Source: an uncultured delta proteobacterium
GTDB taxonomy: Bacteria > Desulfobacterota > Desulfobaccia > Desulfobaccales > 0-14-0-80-60-11
Assembly (NCBI GenBank): GCA_963812015.1
Contig: CAWETI010000002.1
Location: forward strand, 1,600,001 to 1,664,000
Direction of reading: 5' to 3'
DNA length: 64,000 nucleotides
The position numbers and the translations under genes are program-made. Numbering within the stretch: the stretch's first letter is position 1; each line of letters starts with the position of its first letter. Positions 1 through 9,784 of the stretch are shown one piece after another. The notes below the pieces were generated by a model that was not told where the DNA came from, ran no database searches, and saw nothing but the letters and a program-made list of their open reading frames with translations.

Positions 1-30
1 TGCTCCGGCAAATCACTCAGGAGACGTGCA

Positions 31-1320
31 GTGTATTGGGATGCCAACCTCGAAACCTTAACCCCGGCGGCGGTGCAAGAGTTGCAACTGACCCGCCTGC
101 GGCAGACCCTGGAGCGCGCCGCCCACAGCCCCTTTTATGGCCGGCGCTTGAAGGAGGCGGGCGTTGCCGCCGGCGACCTCCGGTCCCTGGAAGATATCCG
201 CCGGATTCCCTTTACCACCAAAGACGACCTCCGGGCCCACGGCCAGGAGATGCTGACCCTGCCCCTGGCCGACATGGTGCGCCTCCACGCCTCTTCCGGG
301 ACCACGGGCCAGGCCACGGTGATCTATTATACCCGCGCCGATATCGAGACCTGGGCCGACCTGGTGGCCCGTTCCCTGTATGCCACCGGCATGCGGGCCG
401 CTGACGTGTTCCAGAACATGATGGGCTACGGCCTGTTCACCGGGGGGCTGGGGTTTCACTACGGGGCCGAACGGCTGGGGGCCCTAACCATCCCCGCCGG
501 GGCCGGCAACAGCCAGCGCCAGCTGCAACTGATGCAGCAGTTTTCCACCACCGCAATCCACATTATCCCCAGCTATGCCCTGCTCCTGCTCAACACCTTT
601 GCCAAGAAAGGCGTCGACCCCCGGGACCTGCCGCTGCGCCTGGCCTTTCTGGGGGCCGAGCCCCACTCCGAAGATATGCGGCGGCGCATCGAGACGGCCT
701 ATGGGGTCAAGGCCTACAATTCTTACGGGTTGTCCGAGATGAACGGCCCCGGGGTGGCCTTTGAGTGCCCGGAGCAGAACGGCATGCACGTCTGGGAAGA
801 CGCCTTCTTGCTGGAGGTGCTGGACCCCGAGACCCTGCAGCCGGCGCCGCCGGGAGAGGTGGGGGAACTGGTCTTCACCAACCTTACCCGGCAAGGCATG
901 CCGCTGTTGCGCTACCGCACCCGGGACCTGGCCTCCTATGACGATTCACCCTGTCCCTGCGGCCGGGGCTTCAAACGGCTTTCCCGGATCATGGGGCGCA
1001 CCGATGACATGGTGATCATTAAAGGGGTCAATATCTTCCCGATGCAGATCGACAAGGTGCTCATGGCCATGCCGGAGGTGGGCACCCAGTACCTGGTGGA
1101 ATTGACCCGGCAGGATTACAGCGACCAGATGCTGGTGAAGGTGGAAGTGCAGCAGAACTTTTTCCAGGAAGACCTCAAGTATCTCAACCAGTTGCAAAAG
1201 CGGATTACCGAGGCCTTAAAGAGCGAGCTGCTGGTGACGCCCCGGGTGGAACTGGTGGAGCCCAACACCCTGCCCCGGAGCGAAGGCAAGGCCCAGCGGG
1301 TCGTGGATAAGCGGTCCTGA
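31..1320 (+). CDS. paaK: Phenylacetate-CoA ligase family (ANL adenylate-forming enzyme)
   Basis: 429 aa ORF with HASSGTTG P-loop, YGLSE, RYRTRD, GRTDDM and C-terminal GKAQRVVD motifs; GGAG RBS before GTG start. Confidence 0.9.
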   Translation: MYWDANLETLTPAAVQELQLTRLRQTLERAAHSPFYGRRLKEAGVAAGDLRSLEDIRRIPFTTKDDLRAHGQEMLTLPLADMVRLHASSGTTGQATVIYYTRADIETWADLVARSLYATGMRAADVFQNMMGYGLFTGGLGFHYGAERLGALTIPAGAGNSQRQLQLMQQFSTTAIHIIPSYALLLLNTFAKKGVDPRDLPLRLAFLGAEPHSEDMRRRIETAYGVKAYNSYGLSEMNGPGVAFECPEQNGMHVWEDAFLLEVLDPETLQPAPPGEVGELVFTNLTRQGMPLLRYRTRDLASYDDSPCPCGRGFKRLSRIMGRTDDMVIIKGVNIFPMQIDKVLMAMPEVGTQYLVELTRQDYSDQMLVKVEVQQNFFQEDLKYLNQLQKRITEALKSELLVTPRVELVEPNTLPRSEGKAQRVVDKRS

Positions 1321-1353
1321 GGGGGGCTGGGCGGACAATGCCCCGGCGGGCCT

Positions 1354-1382
1354 GTAGGGCCGGGTTTTAAACCCGCCCCTAC
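1354..1382. repeat. REP-like palindrome
   Basis: GTAGGGCCGGGTTTTAAACCCGCCCCTAC: imperfect palindrome with GTAG/CTAC ends, in the intergenic region after paaK. Confidence 0.55.
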
Positions 1383-1404
1383 GCGTGTAGCAAGACCCCT
1401 TTCC

Positions 1405-1433
1405 TTGACAATACCTGAGTCCGGTGTTAAAAA
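1405..1433 (+). promoter_or_regulatory. sigma70 promoter of the tRNA-Ser pair
   Basis: TTGACA-17 bp-TAAAAA with extended TG, 10 nt upstream of the first tRNA. Confidence 0.65.
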
Positions 1434-1443
1434 ACCAAGATGT

Positions 1444-1529
1444 GGAGGGATGGCCGAGTGGTTTAAGGCAGCGGTCTTGAAAACCGCAGACCGGAAGGTC
1501 CGTGGGTTCGAATCCTACTCCCTCCGCCA
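1444..1529 (+). tRNA. tRNA-Ser (anticodon TGA)
   Basis: GGAGGGA/TCCCTCC acceptor stem, GCGGT-CTTGAAA-ACCGC anticodon arm, long variable arm, GGTTCGAATCC T-loop, encoded CCA. Confidence 0.97.
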
Positions 1530-1612
1530 TCTGCTGACCTACCGGAGATTGATAAAGGTAGACTCTCGTGACATGGCCCCGAAACGGCCGTAAAGCCCAG
1601 AAAAGCCCTACC

Positions 1613-1704
1613 GGAGAGATGACCGAGCGGCCGAAGGTGCTCGCCTGCTAAGCGAGTGTGGGGGGAAACTTCCACCGAGGGTTCGAATCCCTCTCTCTCC
1701 GCCA
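1613..1704 (+). tRNA. tRNA-Ser (anticodon GCT)
   Basis: GGAGAGA/TCTCTCC acceptor stem, CTCGC-CTGCTAA-GCGAG anticodon arm, long variable arm, GGTTCGAATCC, encoded CCA. Confidence 0.97.
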
Positions 1705-1808
1705 GTTCTATATTCAGCCACCCCTGCTTCTTCCCTGGCCGTTCCCGGCCGCCGTTTTCTGAAAAATCCTCTCCCACTTCGACCCGGCTTGGCGTAAGAT
1801 AAGAAACC

Positions 1809-3212
1809 ATGTCTGCCGCCGCGCCACCGCCGGATCATGCCCCGAACCGCCGCATCGTCCTGCTGGCCGTCTGTATGGGGGCCTTTATGGCGACCCTGGA
1901 CACCAGCATCGTCAATATCGCCCTGCCGCAGATTGCCCGTGAATTCGACGTGTCACTGGTCCAGATCTCCTGGGTCATGCTGATCTACCTCCTCATGAAC
2001 GTCTCCCTTTTGCTTACCAGCGGCCGGCTGGGGGACCTCTTGGCGCCGGGCAAGCTCTTCCTTCTGGGGTTGGTGGTGTTTACCGGGGCCTCGGCCCTGT
2101 GCGGGCTGAGCCCGGGACTGGCCTGGATGGTGGGCGGCCGGGCCCTCCAGGGGCTGGGTGCGTCTTTGATACTGGGGGTGGCCCCCAAGCTCATCGCCCT
2201 GGCCTATGGGGAGGGGGAGCGGGGGCTGGCCCTGGGACTGTTTTCCACCGCCTTCGCCACCGGCATCAGCGTGGGAGCGCCCCTGGGTGGGGTCATCACT
2301 ACTTACCTGGGCTGGCCGTTTATCTTTTTCATCAACCTGCCCATCTGCGCCGGGACTTTTTGGGTGGGGTGCCGAGTCCTGCTGCAGTTCAAGCCCCAAA
2401 AGGCCTGGAACTGGCGGTCGTTTGACCTCGGGGGGGCTGTGATCCTGGCCGGGACCCTGGGAGTGTTCCTCCTGGGGTTGACCTGGATCCGGCAGTCCGG
2501 CTGGAGCGCCGAGACCCTGGGGGCGCTGGGGCTGGCCGCGTTCCTGGGCCTGGTCCTGCATTTCCTGGAGCGCCGGCACCTCAATCCCCTGCTGCAGCGC
2601 GAGCTCTGGCGCCACTGGCCCTTTGTGGTGGGGTCATCGGCGGTGGTGCTGACCTTTGCGCCGGTGATGGGCGTCTTCTTCCTGCTGCCCTTTTTTCTGG
2701 AGCATATCTATCACTATACCCCGGCCCAAACCGGGTTTTTGTTGGCGGCCCTGAGCGCCAGCAACGCCCTGGTGGCCCCCTGCGGCGGTTACCTGGCGGA
2801 CCGGCTGGGGAACCTCGCGGTTCTCAGGACCGGGGCCGGATTGATCCTGGCGGGCCTGATCTCCCTCATCTTTACCGGGCCGGACAGCTCCACCCTGACC
2901 CTGGCGGCCAGGTTCGTCCTCATCGGCCTGGGGTTCGGCCTCTTCCAGGCCCCTAATCTCAGTGAAATCCTCCAGGGGGTGAAACCCGCCCTGATCGGTC
3001 TGGCGGCCAGCACCAATGCGGTCCTGAAAAACCTCGGATCGCTCCTGGGCATCACCTTGATTGTGTCAGTGTTTGCCTGGCTCAGCGGCAACCACGGTTC
3101 ACCCATCCCGGGAGTCAACCTGGAAATGGCCGCCTTCCACAAGGCCTTTACCCTGGCCGCCCTGGTGGCGGGCTTCAACCTGGCGGCCAACCTCCTGCCC
3201 CGCAAACCCTGA
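1809..3212 (+). CDS. MFS transporter, DHA2 (EmrB/QacA-like) family
   Basis: 467 aa, many hydrophobic segments, LDTSIVNIALP motif, GRLGD and GYLADRLG motif A. Confidence 0.88.
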   Translation: MSAAAPPPDHAPNRRIVLLAVCMGAFMATLDTSIVNIALPQIAREFDVSLVQISWVMLIYLLMNVSLLLTSGRLGDLLAPGKLFLLGLVVFTGASALCGLSPGLAWMVGGRALQGLGASLILGVAPKLIALAYGEGERGLALGLFSTAFATGISVGAPLGGVITTYLGWPFIFFINLPICAGTFWVGCRVLLQFKPQKAWNWRSFDLGGAVILAGTLGVFLLGLTWIRQSGWSAETLGALGLAAFLGLVLHFLERRHLNPLLQRELWRHWPFVVGSSAVVLTFAPVMGVFFLLPFFLEHIYHYTPAQTGFLLAALSASNALVAPCGGYLADRLGNLAVLRTGAGLILAGLISLIFTGPDSSTLTLAARFVLIGLGFGLFQAPNLSEILQGVKPALIGLAASTNAVLKNLGSLLGITLIVSVFAWLSGNHGSPIPGVNLEMAAFHKAFTLAALVAGFNLAANLLPRKP

Positions 3213-3314
3213 GGCCAAAACGGCCGGCCCCGACCAAGGGGCGTTTCACGCCTTGGTTCCCGGGGGTCGCTGTGTTACTATAACGCCAGGCAAAGCAATC
3301 AGACCAAGGGGCTT

Positions 3315-3533
3315 ATGAGGCTCGGGGGGAGCGAGGCGGTGGCGGTTAAAGCAGGGGAAATTGTGGCGTTGGTGGGCATGGGGGCACTGTTGTTGAACAA
3401 CCTGGGGCGGCGGCGGGTGCGGCAGGGGCGGCCGCCGGTCAAAGGACGCCTGGCCAAATTGCTGGCCTATGGGGATTTCGTGGCCTTCGGCATCATCCTG
3501 GCGGGCCTGGTGGTTATGTATCTGCAAAAATAG
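3315..3533 (+). CDS. Small hypothetical membrane protein (start uncertain)
   Basis: 72 aa ORF with two hydrophobic segments separated by a basic loop. Confidence 0.45.
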   Translation: MRLGGSEAVAVKAGEIVALVGMGALLLNNLGRRRVRQGRPPVKGRLAKLLAYGDFVAFGIILAGLVVMYLQK

Positions 3534-3688
3534 CCGGCCGCGGCTTTGCCCTTCCCGGGGAGGGGGAAGCTCGTCGGCCGAGTGCGGTTAAGCTCCGGCA
3601 AAAGCGGTGTTGGCGGTCAGCAGGACGGAATACACATAACTATAAGGGGGAGCATCGGCCCGAGCATTACATGGCTTATCTGCTTATC

Positions 3689-4150
3689 TTACTCTTCTTT
3701 TTCTTTGGGTTTTGTTAATGGATTAAATTTATTCTCAATGCCTTTGGGGGCTTCCTGGAAAGGTGTCACGGCTTGGGCGGTGAGAGGCCGCAATTGGACA
3801 TGAGCATTTTCCGGCACTAATTGACATTGAGCTCCAGTCGCAGCGTCAACTGCATAGCCAATAATTCCTCCCGCGAATACATCGCCAGCTGTTGCTAAAC
3901 TCATTGCTTGTTTAATATTAATAGTTTCTTTTTGATACCCCTCTTTGGAAACTTCAACTACGTGGGAATCTTTACGTGACATAGTGATTGTTGCTGGAGA
4001 TTTATAGCTATCCTTCCCATCTACCAGTAAATCAGCACCAAATGGGTCTGTGGTTATCCCAATATCTTGTGTCGTTCCGTGCATGATAGTAGCACAACCG
4101 CTTGACATAATTAAAAGGGAGAAAATCAGCAGGGCGTTAAGACGACTCAT
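3689..4150 (-). CDS. PEGA-domain lipoprotein
   Basis: Lipobox-like SSGC, then ITTDPFGADLLVDG...SP and SKEGY PEGA pattern, and GYAVDAATGA; AT-richer than flanks. Confidence 0.75.
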   Translation of the reverse strand: MSRLNALLIFSLLIMSSGCATIMHGTTQDIGITTDPFGADLLVDGKDSYKSPATITMSRKDSHVVEVSKEGYQKETINIKQAMSLATAGDVFAGGIIGYAVDAATGAQCQLVPENAHVQLRPLTAQAVTPFQEAPKGIENKFNPLTKPKEKEE

Positions 4151-4355
4151 GGATTATACCTCTTTAAGATACATAGGGTTGGGGCTGGACCTGATAAGCT
4201 ACGCTGAAAACCGGTCCATTTATTATCCGCGTAGACGGACTCCCCAGTCAATAAATTTATAATCACTTGACCGCCTCGCGGCAAGGGTCAAGGGATGGGG
4301 GTCCAGTTCTTCGCGAAATTCTCTTGGCCTGCAAGCTCGGCCCCGGGATCATGAG

Positions 4356-7040
4356 CTAAACCGCCAGGGAGTCGGCAGCAAAAGACATCTCCACGCGCCT
4401 CACCCCGCCATCGGACTCGCCGATGGTGAAGCCCAGCTTCTTCACCAGGCCCAGCATGGGCAGGTTTTCGGCCAGGACTTCGCCATAGAGCAGCTTGACG
4501 CCATTGTCCCGGGCAATCTCAATGACCCGCTCGATGAGTTTTTCACCCAGACCTTTGCCCTGCCAGGGGTCGGCCACGATCACGGCAAATTCGGCGGTGG
4601 AGCGGTCCGCGGCCATGACCAGACGGCTCACCCCCTGCATGATTTCGGGCCCCGGCGGCTGGCCGATGGCCATCAAGCCGAGCTCCCGGTCATAATCGTT
4701 CTGGGTGAAGCGGATGAGCATTTCATGGGTCCACTTTTTGATCAGCTTGAAGTAGCGGAAATAAACGGTTTCCTCGGAGCAGAGGGCGAGGAATTCGGCC
4801 ACCAGGGATTCGTCTTCGGGTTTCATGGGCCGGAGCAGCACGGGGGTGCCGTCCTCCAGGAGCCAGTCGCTCTCATATTGGTTGGGGTACGGGGCGATGA
4901 TCAGGTGACGGGGAGCCGGAACGGCGCTGGGCGCCAGGAGAATCCGGGCATCGACGCACACCGGGCGGCCATTGGCGATGAGGAGGGGATTAATATCCAG
5001 TTCCTCGATTTCCGGGAAGTCAGTCACGAGCTGGGAGAGGCGGACTAAAATTTCCCCCAGCAGGTCCAGGTTGGCCGGCGGGATGTTGCGGTATCCCTGG
5101 AGGAGCTGATAAAAGCGGGTCCGCTCCATGAGCCGCCGGGCCAGGAGCAGGTTGAGGGGCGGCAGGTCCACGGACGATTCCCTCAGGACCTCGGCGAGAA
5201 TCCCGCCCAGGCCAAAGAGCAGGAGGGGCCCGAACTGCGGGTTTTTCTTGGCGCCCAGGATCAATTCCAGGGAAGATTTTTCCACCTGGGTTTGAACCGT
5301 CACCCCGAAGATCTTAGCATCGGGCCTGGCAGTCTGAGCCCGGCTGACGATATCCTCGTATGCCGCGGCTACTTCCGCGGCGCTCTTGAGAAAGGTTCGC
5401 ACCCCATCCACATCCGACTTATGGGAGATGTCCGGGGAGTGGATTTTTGCCACTACCGGAAAGCCCAGCTTTTGGGCCGCGGCAGCGGCGGCGGCGGCGG
5501 AAGAGGCCGTCACCGTGGGATTCACCGGGATGCCGTAAGCCGACAGAATGGCCTTGGCCTCCACTTCCGTGAGCAGCAGCGTCTGGCGCTTGAAGCATTC
5601 ATCGATGAAAGTCCGAGCCTGCTTTGTGTTGACTTTCAGGTCGGCCGACAGCCGAGGCGGGGTTTCCTGGAGCAGTTCCAGGTTCCGGGTGTAGGAGTAC
5701 ATCTCCATGAAGGTGTCCACGGCGTCTTCGGGAGTTTCATAGGTGGGGATGTCGGATTCATTTAACTGATGAATCCCGGCGGCGACATGCTGGGCCCCCA
5801 TCCAGACGGCAAAGACCGGCTTGGCTTGTTTTTTAATCTCAGGGATCAGGGCTTGGGCCACGCCGGTGGGGTCGGTCATGGCTTGGGGGGAGAGCAGGAC
5901 CACCGCGCCGGAGATCTCCGGAGCGACCAACAGGCGCCGGGTCGCTTCCAGGTAGCGCTCCGGCGGCGCATCGCCCAGGATGTCCACGGGGTTGTTCCGG
6001 CTCCAGAAGGGGGGCAACGCCTGGTCGAGATTCGCCAGGGTTTCGGGGCTCAAAGGCGCCGGCTCCAGGTGCCACTTGCTCAAAGCGTCCACCGCCATCA
6101 CCCCCGGACCCCCGGCGTTAGTGATGATGGCCAACTCCCCCCCCAGGGGCCGGCTCATTTTACCCAAAGCCTCGGCGCAGTTGAAGAGCTGGGCGATGGT
6201 GTCCACCCGGATGATGCCGGCCCGCCGGAAAGCGGCATTATAGGCCTCATCCTGGCCCGCCAGGGCGCCGGTATGGGAGGCCGCGGCCCGGGCGGCGGCT
6301 TCGCTGCGGCCGGATTTCACCACGATGATGGGTTTTACCCGAGACACGGAGCGGGCGGCGCTCATGAAGGTGCGGTGGTGCACCAGGTTTTCCATATAGA
6401 TGATGATACTTTTGGCTCGATCATCATTGCCCAGGTAATCGATCATTTCGGCGAAATCGAGGTCCGCCATGGAACCGATGCTGACGAAATGGCTAAATCC
6501 CATATTCTGGGCCTCGGCCATGTCCAGGATGGCGCTGCAGATGGCCCCGCTCTGGGAGAGGAGGGCCACACTGCCGGGGCGCACCGACTGCGCCGCGAAG
6601 CTGGCGTTGAGGTGCGTGTGGGGGCAGAGTATCCCCATGCAGTTGGGTCCAAGGTAGCGAATGCCGCCGGCCTGGGCCGCGGCGTGGATGTCGGCTTCGA
6701 TTTTCTGGCCCGCTTCGCCCACTTCCTTGCCGCCGGCGGAGATGATGATAACCCCGGGAACTTTGGCCCGGGCGCACTCCTGCATGATCTCCGGCACTCC
6801 CTGGATGGGGACGGCGACGATGGCCAAATCGATGGCGGCGCCCACTGCCGTGACCGACGGAAAGGCGGGAATCCCCAAGATCTCGCTATGCTTGGGGTTG
6901 ATGGGGTAGAGGCGTCCTGGAAAGCCGTCCTTCTTCAGGTTCTCCACCAGGATGCGGCCGATGCTGTTCTCTTTGGGGCTGGCGCCCACGACCGCAATGG
7001 ATTCCGGCTGAAAAAACTTATCAAGGATATGTTTCTGCAT
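4356..7040 (-). CDS. Acyl-CoA synthetase (NDP-forming)-GNAT fusion, Pat/YfiQ-type protein lysine acetyltransferase
   Basis: 894 aa; CoA-binding IAVVGAS, GPNCMG, SQSGA, SHTGALAG, ATP-grasp HKSDVDGV and ELDINPL, C-terminal GNAT WQGKGLG. Confidence 0.9.
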   Translation of the reverse strand: MQKHILDKFFQPESIAVVGASPKENSIGRILVENLKKDGFPGRLYPINPKHSEILGIPAFPSVTAVGAAIDLAIVAVPIQGVPEIMQECARAKVPGVIIISAGGKEVGEAGQKIEADIHAAAQAGGIRYLGPNCMGILCPHTHLNASFAAQSVRPGSVALLSQSGAICSAILDMAEAQNMGFSHFVSIGSMADLDFAEMIDYLGNDDRAKSIIIYMENLVHHRTFMSAARSVSRVKPIIVVKSGRSEAAARAAASHTGALAGQDEAYNAAFRRAGIIRVDTIAQLFNCAEALGKMSRPLGGELAIITNAGGPGVMAVDALSKWHLEPAPLSPETLANLDQALPPFWSRNNPVDILGDAPPERYLEATRRLLVAPEISGAVVLLSPQAMTDPTGVAQALIPEIKKQAKPVFAVWMGAQHVAAGIHQLNESDIPTYETPEDAVDTFMEMYSYTRNLELLQETPPRLSADLKVNTKQARTFIDECFKRQTLLLTEVEAKAILSAYGIPVNPTVTASSAAAAAAAAQKLGFPVVAKIHSPDISHKSDVDGVRTFLKSAAEVAAAYEDIVSRAQTARPDAKIFGVTVQTQVEKSSLELILGAKKNPQFGPLLLFGLGGILAEVLRESSVDLPPLNLLLARRLMERTRFYQLLQGYRNIPPANLDLLGEILVRLSQLVTDFPEIEELDINPLLIANGRPVCVDARILLAPSAVPAPRHLIIAPYPNQYESDWLLEDGTPVLLRPMKPEDESLVAEFLALCSEETVYFRYFKLIKKWTHEMLIRFTQNDYDRELGLMAIGQPPGPEIMQGVSRLVMAADRSTAEFAVIVADPWQGKGLGEKLIERVIEIARDNGVKLLYGEVLAENLPMLGLVKKLGFTIGESDGGVRRVEMSFAADSLAV

Positions 7041-7171
7041 CTTGACCTCCGCCTCGGGGCGTCACGCTGACCTGCGGGGCTGAAACTGACCGTTTTTTTA
7101 TAATAAGATCGGCAGAGCGAACCTGGTATTTCGGGCTTTTGATCAGTTTATAATAAAAATATTTCTTTAAT

Positions 7172-7204
7172 GTTAAAAGGCGGCCGGAAAGGGCCGCCTT
7201 TAAC
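7172..7204. terminator. Intrinsic terminator (bidirectional-type)
   Basis: AAAAGGCGGCC-GGAAAG-GGCCGCCTTT hairpin downstream of ORF 7246-7455(-). Confidence 0.7.
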
Positions 7205-7245
7205 CTGGGTCATGACCTCAAGGATCTGCAGTAGATTGGGGTGGC

Positions 7246-7455
7246 CTAAACCTCCGTTGAACTCTCGGGTGCGTAGGTTATATCGGTTAATCCGGGGATT
7301 TCAACCTTTACGCAACCATCGCCCAACAAGTTCATGGTGTGGATTATGATACCATAAGTCACCACGGCCCAGGTAACCAGAGCTCTTGCGGCTTGAAACG
7401 GATGTGACACGAAAATTGTGTCGCCATATTTTGATTGTTTTACAATACTTATCAT
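7246..7455 (-). CDS. Small hypothetical protein
   Basis: 69 aa ORF with a G-rich RBS upstream and a terminator downstream. Confidence 0.5.
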   Translation of the reverse strand: MISIVKQSKYGDTIFVSHPFQAARALVTWAVVTYGIIIHTMNLLGDGCVKVEIPGLTDITYAPESSTEV

Positions 7456-7929
7456 CTCATTCCCCCCTTTTTCCGGTGCCAGTTTTCCTCCCTTCCGTAA
7501 TTTTGCTGCAGGAACTTCTTCTCCCCCAAGAAGAAGCCAGATAAATTAAGAACACCAGCAGATTCTTTAACCCCAATACGTTATGTCAGAGGGAAGTAAG
7601 GTTGTCAATTAAAATTTACCGAGAGAATAAATTTCAAGAAACAGGGGAAATAAGATCAACAACGGGTCATGAGGTCGGGAAATCATCACGCCAAAAATGG
7701 TGATCTGATCCAGATGTAGTGGTTTCTTAGTTGGTTAAAAAGTCTCCCATTATAGCTGCGAGCCTCATGACGCCTTAATTCTGGTTCTAAGAGGCGGTTG
7801 GTACCAGGGTTTCTGGCCTGGGCACGCCCGCCTCTCTCCGGCCTGGCGGGCTGCGCCCAGACATCCACCATCCTCATAGACGATGGCGCCAATTTTAAAC
7901 GACACGAACAACTGGAAATGGTGCCGGAG

Positions 7930-8442
7930 CCATCCGGGTGGACAACGGCCCAGAGTTTATCTCCAAGGAAGTAGACCTGTGGGCCTATGCCCATGGGGTG
8001 GTCCTGGACTTTTCCCGGCCGGGGAAGCCCACGGACAACGCCTTCATCGAATCGTTTAACAGCCGGTTTCGGCAAGAATGCTTGAATGAACACTGGTTTT
8101 TGAGCCTGGAGGATGCTACAGAGAAGATCGAAGCTTGGCGGGGCCACTATAATGAGCTGCGGCCCCACAGCAGTCTGGGTTATCAATCGCCGATGGAGTA
8201 TCTCTCGGGGGCGCTGCCCCCGAACCCCCGGAGTTTAACGCTTTTAGAAGCTCCGGATGGGCAGGAAAAGCAAGGGCAGGGGCTCAGCCCTGCCCATCCG
8301 TCTGCTTCCCCACCAGGCGCTCAGGTTGCTCTCCAGCAGAGCCTTATCCTCCAGGTGGGTGGACAGAATATACCATGAACCCATAAATGGAAAAAAGCCG
8401 AATTTTCTCACTCAAAATGGTCCAAAAAAGGGGGCAGCTTCA
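7930..8442 (+). mobile_element. IS3-family remnant: 3' part of OrfB DDE transposase plus right end
   Basis: IRVDNGPEF...RPGKPTDNAFIESFNSRFRQECLNEHWF...YNELRPHSSLGY; ends TGGTCCAAAAAAGGGGGCAGCTTCA with the IS3-type terminal CA; 5' part missing. Confidence 0.85.
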
Positions 8443-8545
8443 ATTTGGCCCACGCGGACCACACTCATGGTTGCTCAATTTGAGGATTCTGAGGGGGTCT
8501 GTGTGGGCCATAGTGTGGGCGAAACGTGGAAAGGCACCCAAAACA

Positions 8546-8572
8546 AAAGGCGTAACCCTTTGAGGTTACGCC
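8546..8572 (-). terminator. Intrinsic terminator following the tRNA 3'-end fragment
   Basis: GGCGTAACC/GGTTACGCC stem with an A-run on the left (U-run on the minus strand). Confidence 0.7.
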
Positions 8573-8585
8573 AATTTTAATCTAA

Positions 8586-8605
8586 TGGTGCCGAAGCGGG
8601 GATTC
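8586..8605 (-). other. Attachment site: 3' end of a tRNA-Leu (att core of an integrated element)
   Basis: Minus strand reads GAATCCCCGCTTCGGCACCA (T-loop 3' half, acceptor strand, ACCA) with no 5' tRNA half; flanked by short direct repeats and an IHF-like TAACTTGTTGAAA. Confidence 0.75.
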
Positions 8606-8840
8606 AACCGGATGAGGATAACTTGTTGAAATCATTAGGTGAGGCAGGTGAAAAAGTGGCGGTTTTCATGTCATCATCCGCAAGCTATCCGCAACCATTT
8701 ACCGTTATTTGCAAAAACCCTAAGATCGGGATATTAATAAAAATAAGAAATTGATTTGGCCCCCTTACCCCCGGAAGCCGATAGCGGGGAAAGGTTGGCT
8801 TTCTCAGTCGTCTTGGCCTTCCGGGATTAGGATTGATGAC

Positions 8841-9494
8841 ATGAAAGAGTTGACTAATGAACAACGCAAAGACCTTTGGTCAAAATATGTACACTACCAG
8901 TGGGAAATAACTCGCAGAAATAAAGATTACCAATCTGAATATGAGGATTTAAAAAACACTTTAGATGAAGAAACCATGCATAGCAAAAGGATGGCAATGG
9001 CAATAAAATGGGGGTTTGCAGTTGACCCCCGCAACGAGGAACCTTATTTAGCAGAAATGGGTTCTGGGATTTCTGGAAATATAAAAATAATCAAATCACC
9101 GGTTCTTGATTGTATTGTTGATGAAGGGTTAATGACTATAGTTGGTAAAGGAAGCGATCCTAACTTAATTGATAATGAAATTATAGTGTCAATAGATGTT
9201 AGTGGCCCAGATTGGCTTACTATTGCCAGTCTCGAAAGTATCCTTAAATCAATAAGGATGGTCACTGATATAAAAGAGAAACGTATTTCTTGGGATAATC
9301 TCGATGACTATCTTCAAGTGTATGATTTAAGCCAATGTGGATTTTCTCCTGAAGATATTGCAAAAGAGCTTTTTCTTTATAATATTGATGATATTGAAAA
9401 TGATATTGAACAACAAAAGGAATCAGCTGCCAGGAAAGTGAGAAGGTATCTGAAAAAAGCGATAGACTTTATTGAAAATGGACAAATAAGATGA
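8841..9494 (+). CDS. Putative FseA-like (DUF6499+DUF2285) transcriptional activator
   Basis: N-terminal WEITRRNKDY resembles WEFLRRNxxY; C-terminal LQVYDLSQCGFSPEDIAKELF...KVRRYLKKA resembles the DUF2285 HTH; AT-rich. Confidence 0.6.
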   Translation: MKELTNEQRKDLWSKYVHYQWEITRRNKDYQSEYEDLKNTLDEETMHSKRMAMAIKWGFAVDPRNEEPYLAEMGSGISGNIKIIKSPVLDCIVDEGLMTIVGKGSDPNLIDNEIIVSIDVSGPDWLTIASLESILKSIRMVTDIKEKRISWDNLDDYLQVYDLSQCGFSPEDIAKELFLYNIDDIENDIEQQKESAARKVRRYLKKAIDFIENGQIR

Positions 9495-9537
9495 CAGCTT
9501 AAGTGTCCTTTACATAGCCTTAACCTAATCTAAAATA

Positions 9538-9567
9538 GGGGTGAATCAGATGATTCATCCCTTTTTT
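9538..9567 (+). terminator. Intrinsic terminator-like hairpin
   Basis: GGGTGAATCA-GA-TGATTCATCCC followed by T7. Confidence 0.55.
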
Positions 9568-9583
9568 CTTCATGGGGGCCATT

Positions 9584-9784
9584 ATGTTGACCAAACTAAG
9601 AATGCAGCGCCTGAAAGCAGGACTGCGGCAAGTGGATTTGGCAGAAAGGACTAAGTTGCCCCAGCATCGCATTAGTCTAATCGAGCGTGGCGTCATACCC
9701 CTTAATGATGAAGCCCGTGCTTTGGCGGGTGTCCTCGAACTGTCAGTAGATGAGCTTTTTCCAAATAGGCGGGACGGCTCTTAA
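9584..9784 (+). CDS. XRE/Cro-like HTH regulator
   Basis: LRMQRLKAGLRQVDLAE...ISLIERG...LAGVLELSVDELF HTH_3 pattern. Confidence 0.85.
   Translation: MLTKLRMQRLKAGLRQVDLAERTKLPQHRISLIERGVIPLNDEARALAGVLELSVDELFPNRRDGS

Noticed and set aside
1216..1838. ORFs 1216-1530(-), 1405-1593(+), 1463-1810(-), 1608-1838(-)
   Set aside because: Translations of the tRNA genes or their antisense
5769..7070. 433 aa plus-strand ORF (and similar long antisense ORFs at 49663-50943, 47051-48082, 57252-58295)
   Set aside because: Shadow frames of well-supported genes in high-GC sequence
7686..8186. 166 aa minus-strand ORF
   Set aside because: Mostly the antisense of the IS3 transposase remnant; no independent motif
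8770..8825. CCCGGAAG/CTTCCGGG stem in the activator leader
   Set aside because: Single 8-bp stem with no second copy or recognisable family; insufficient support
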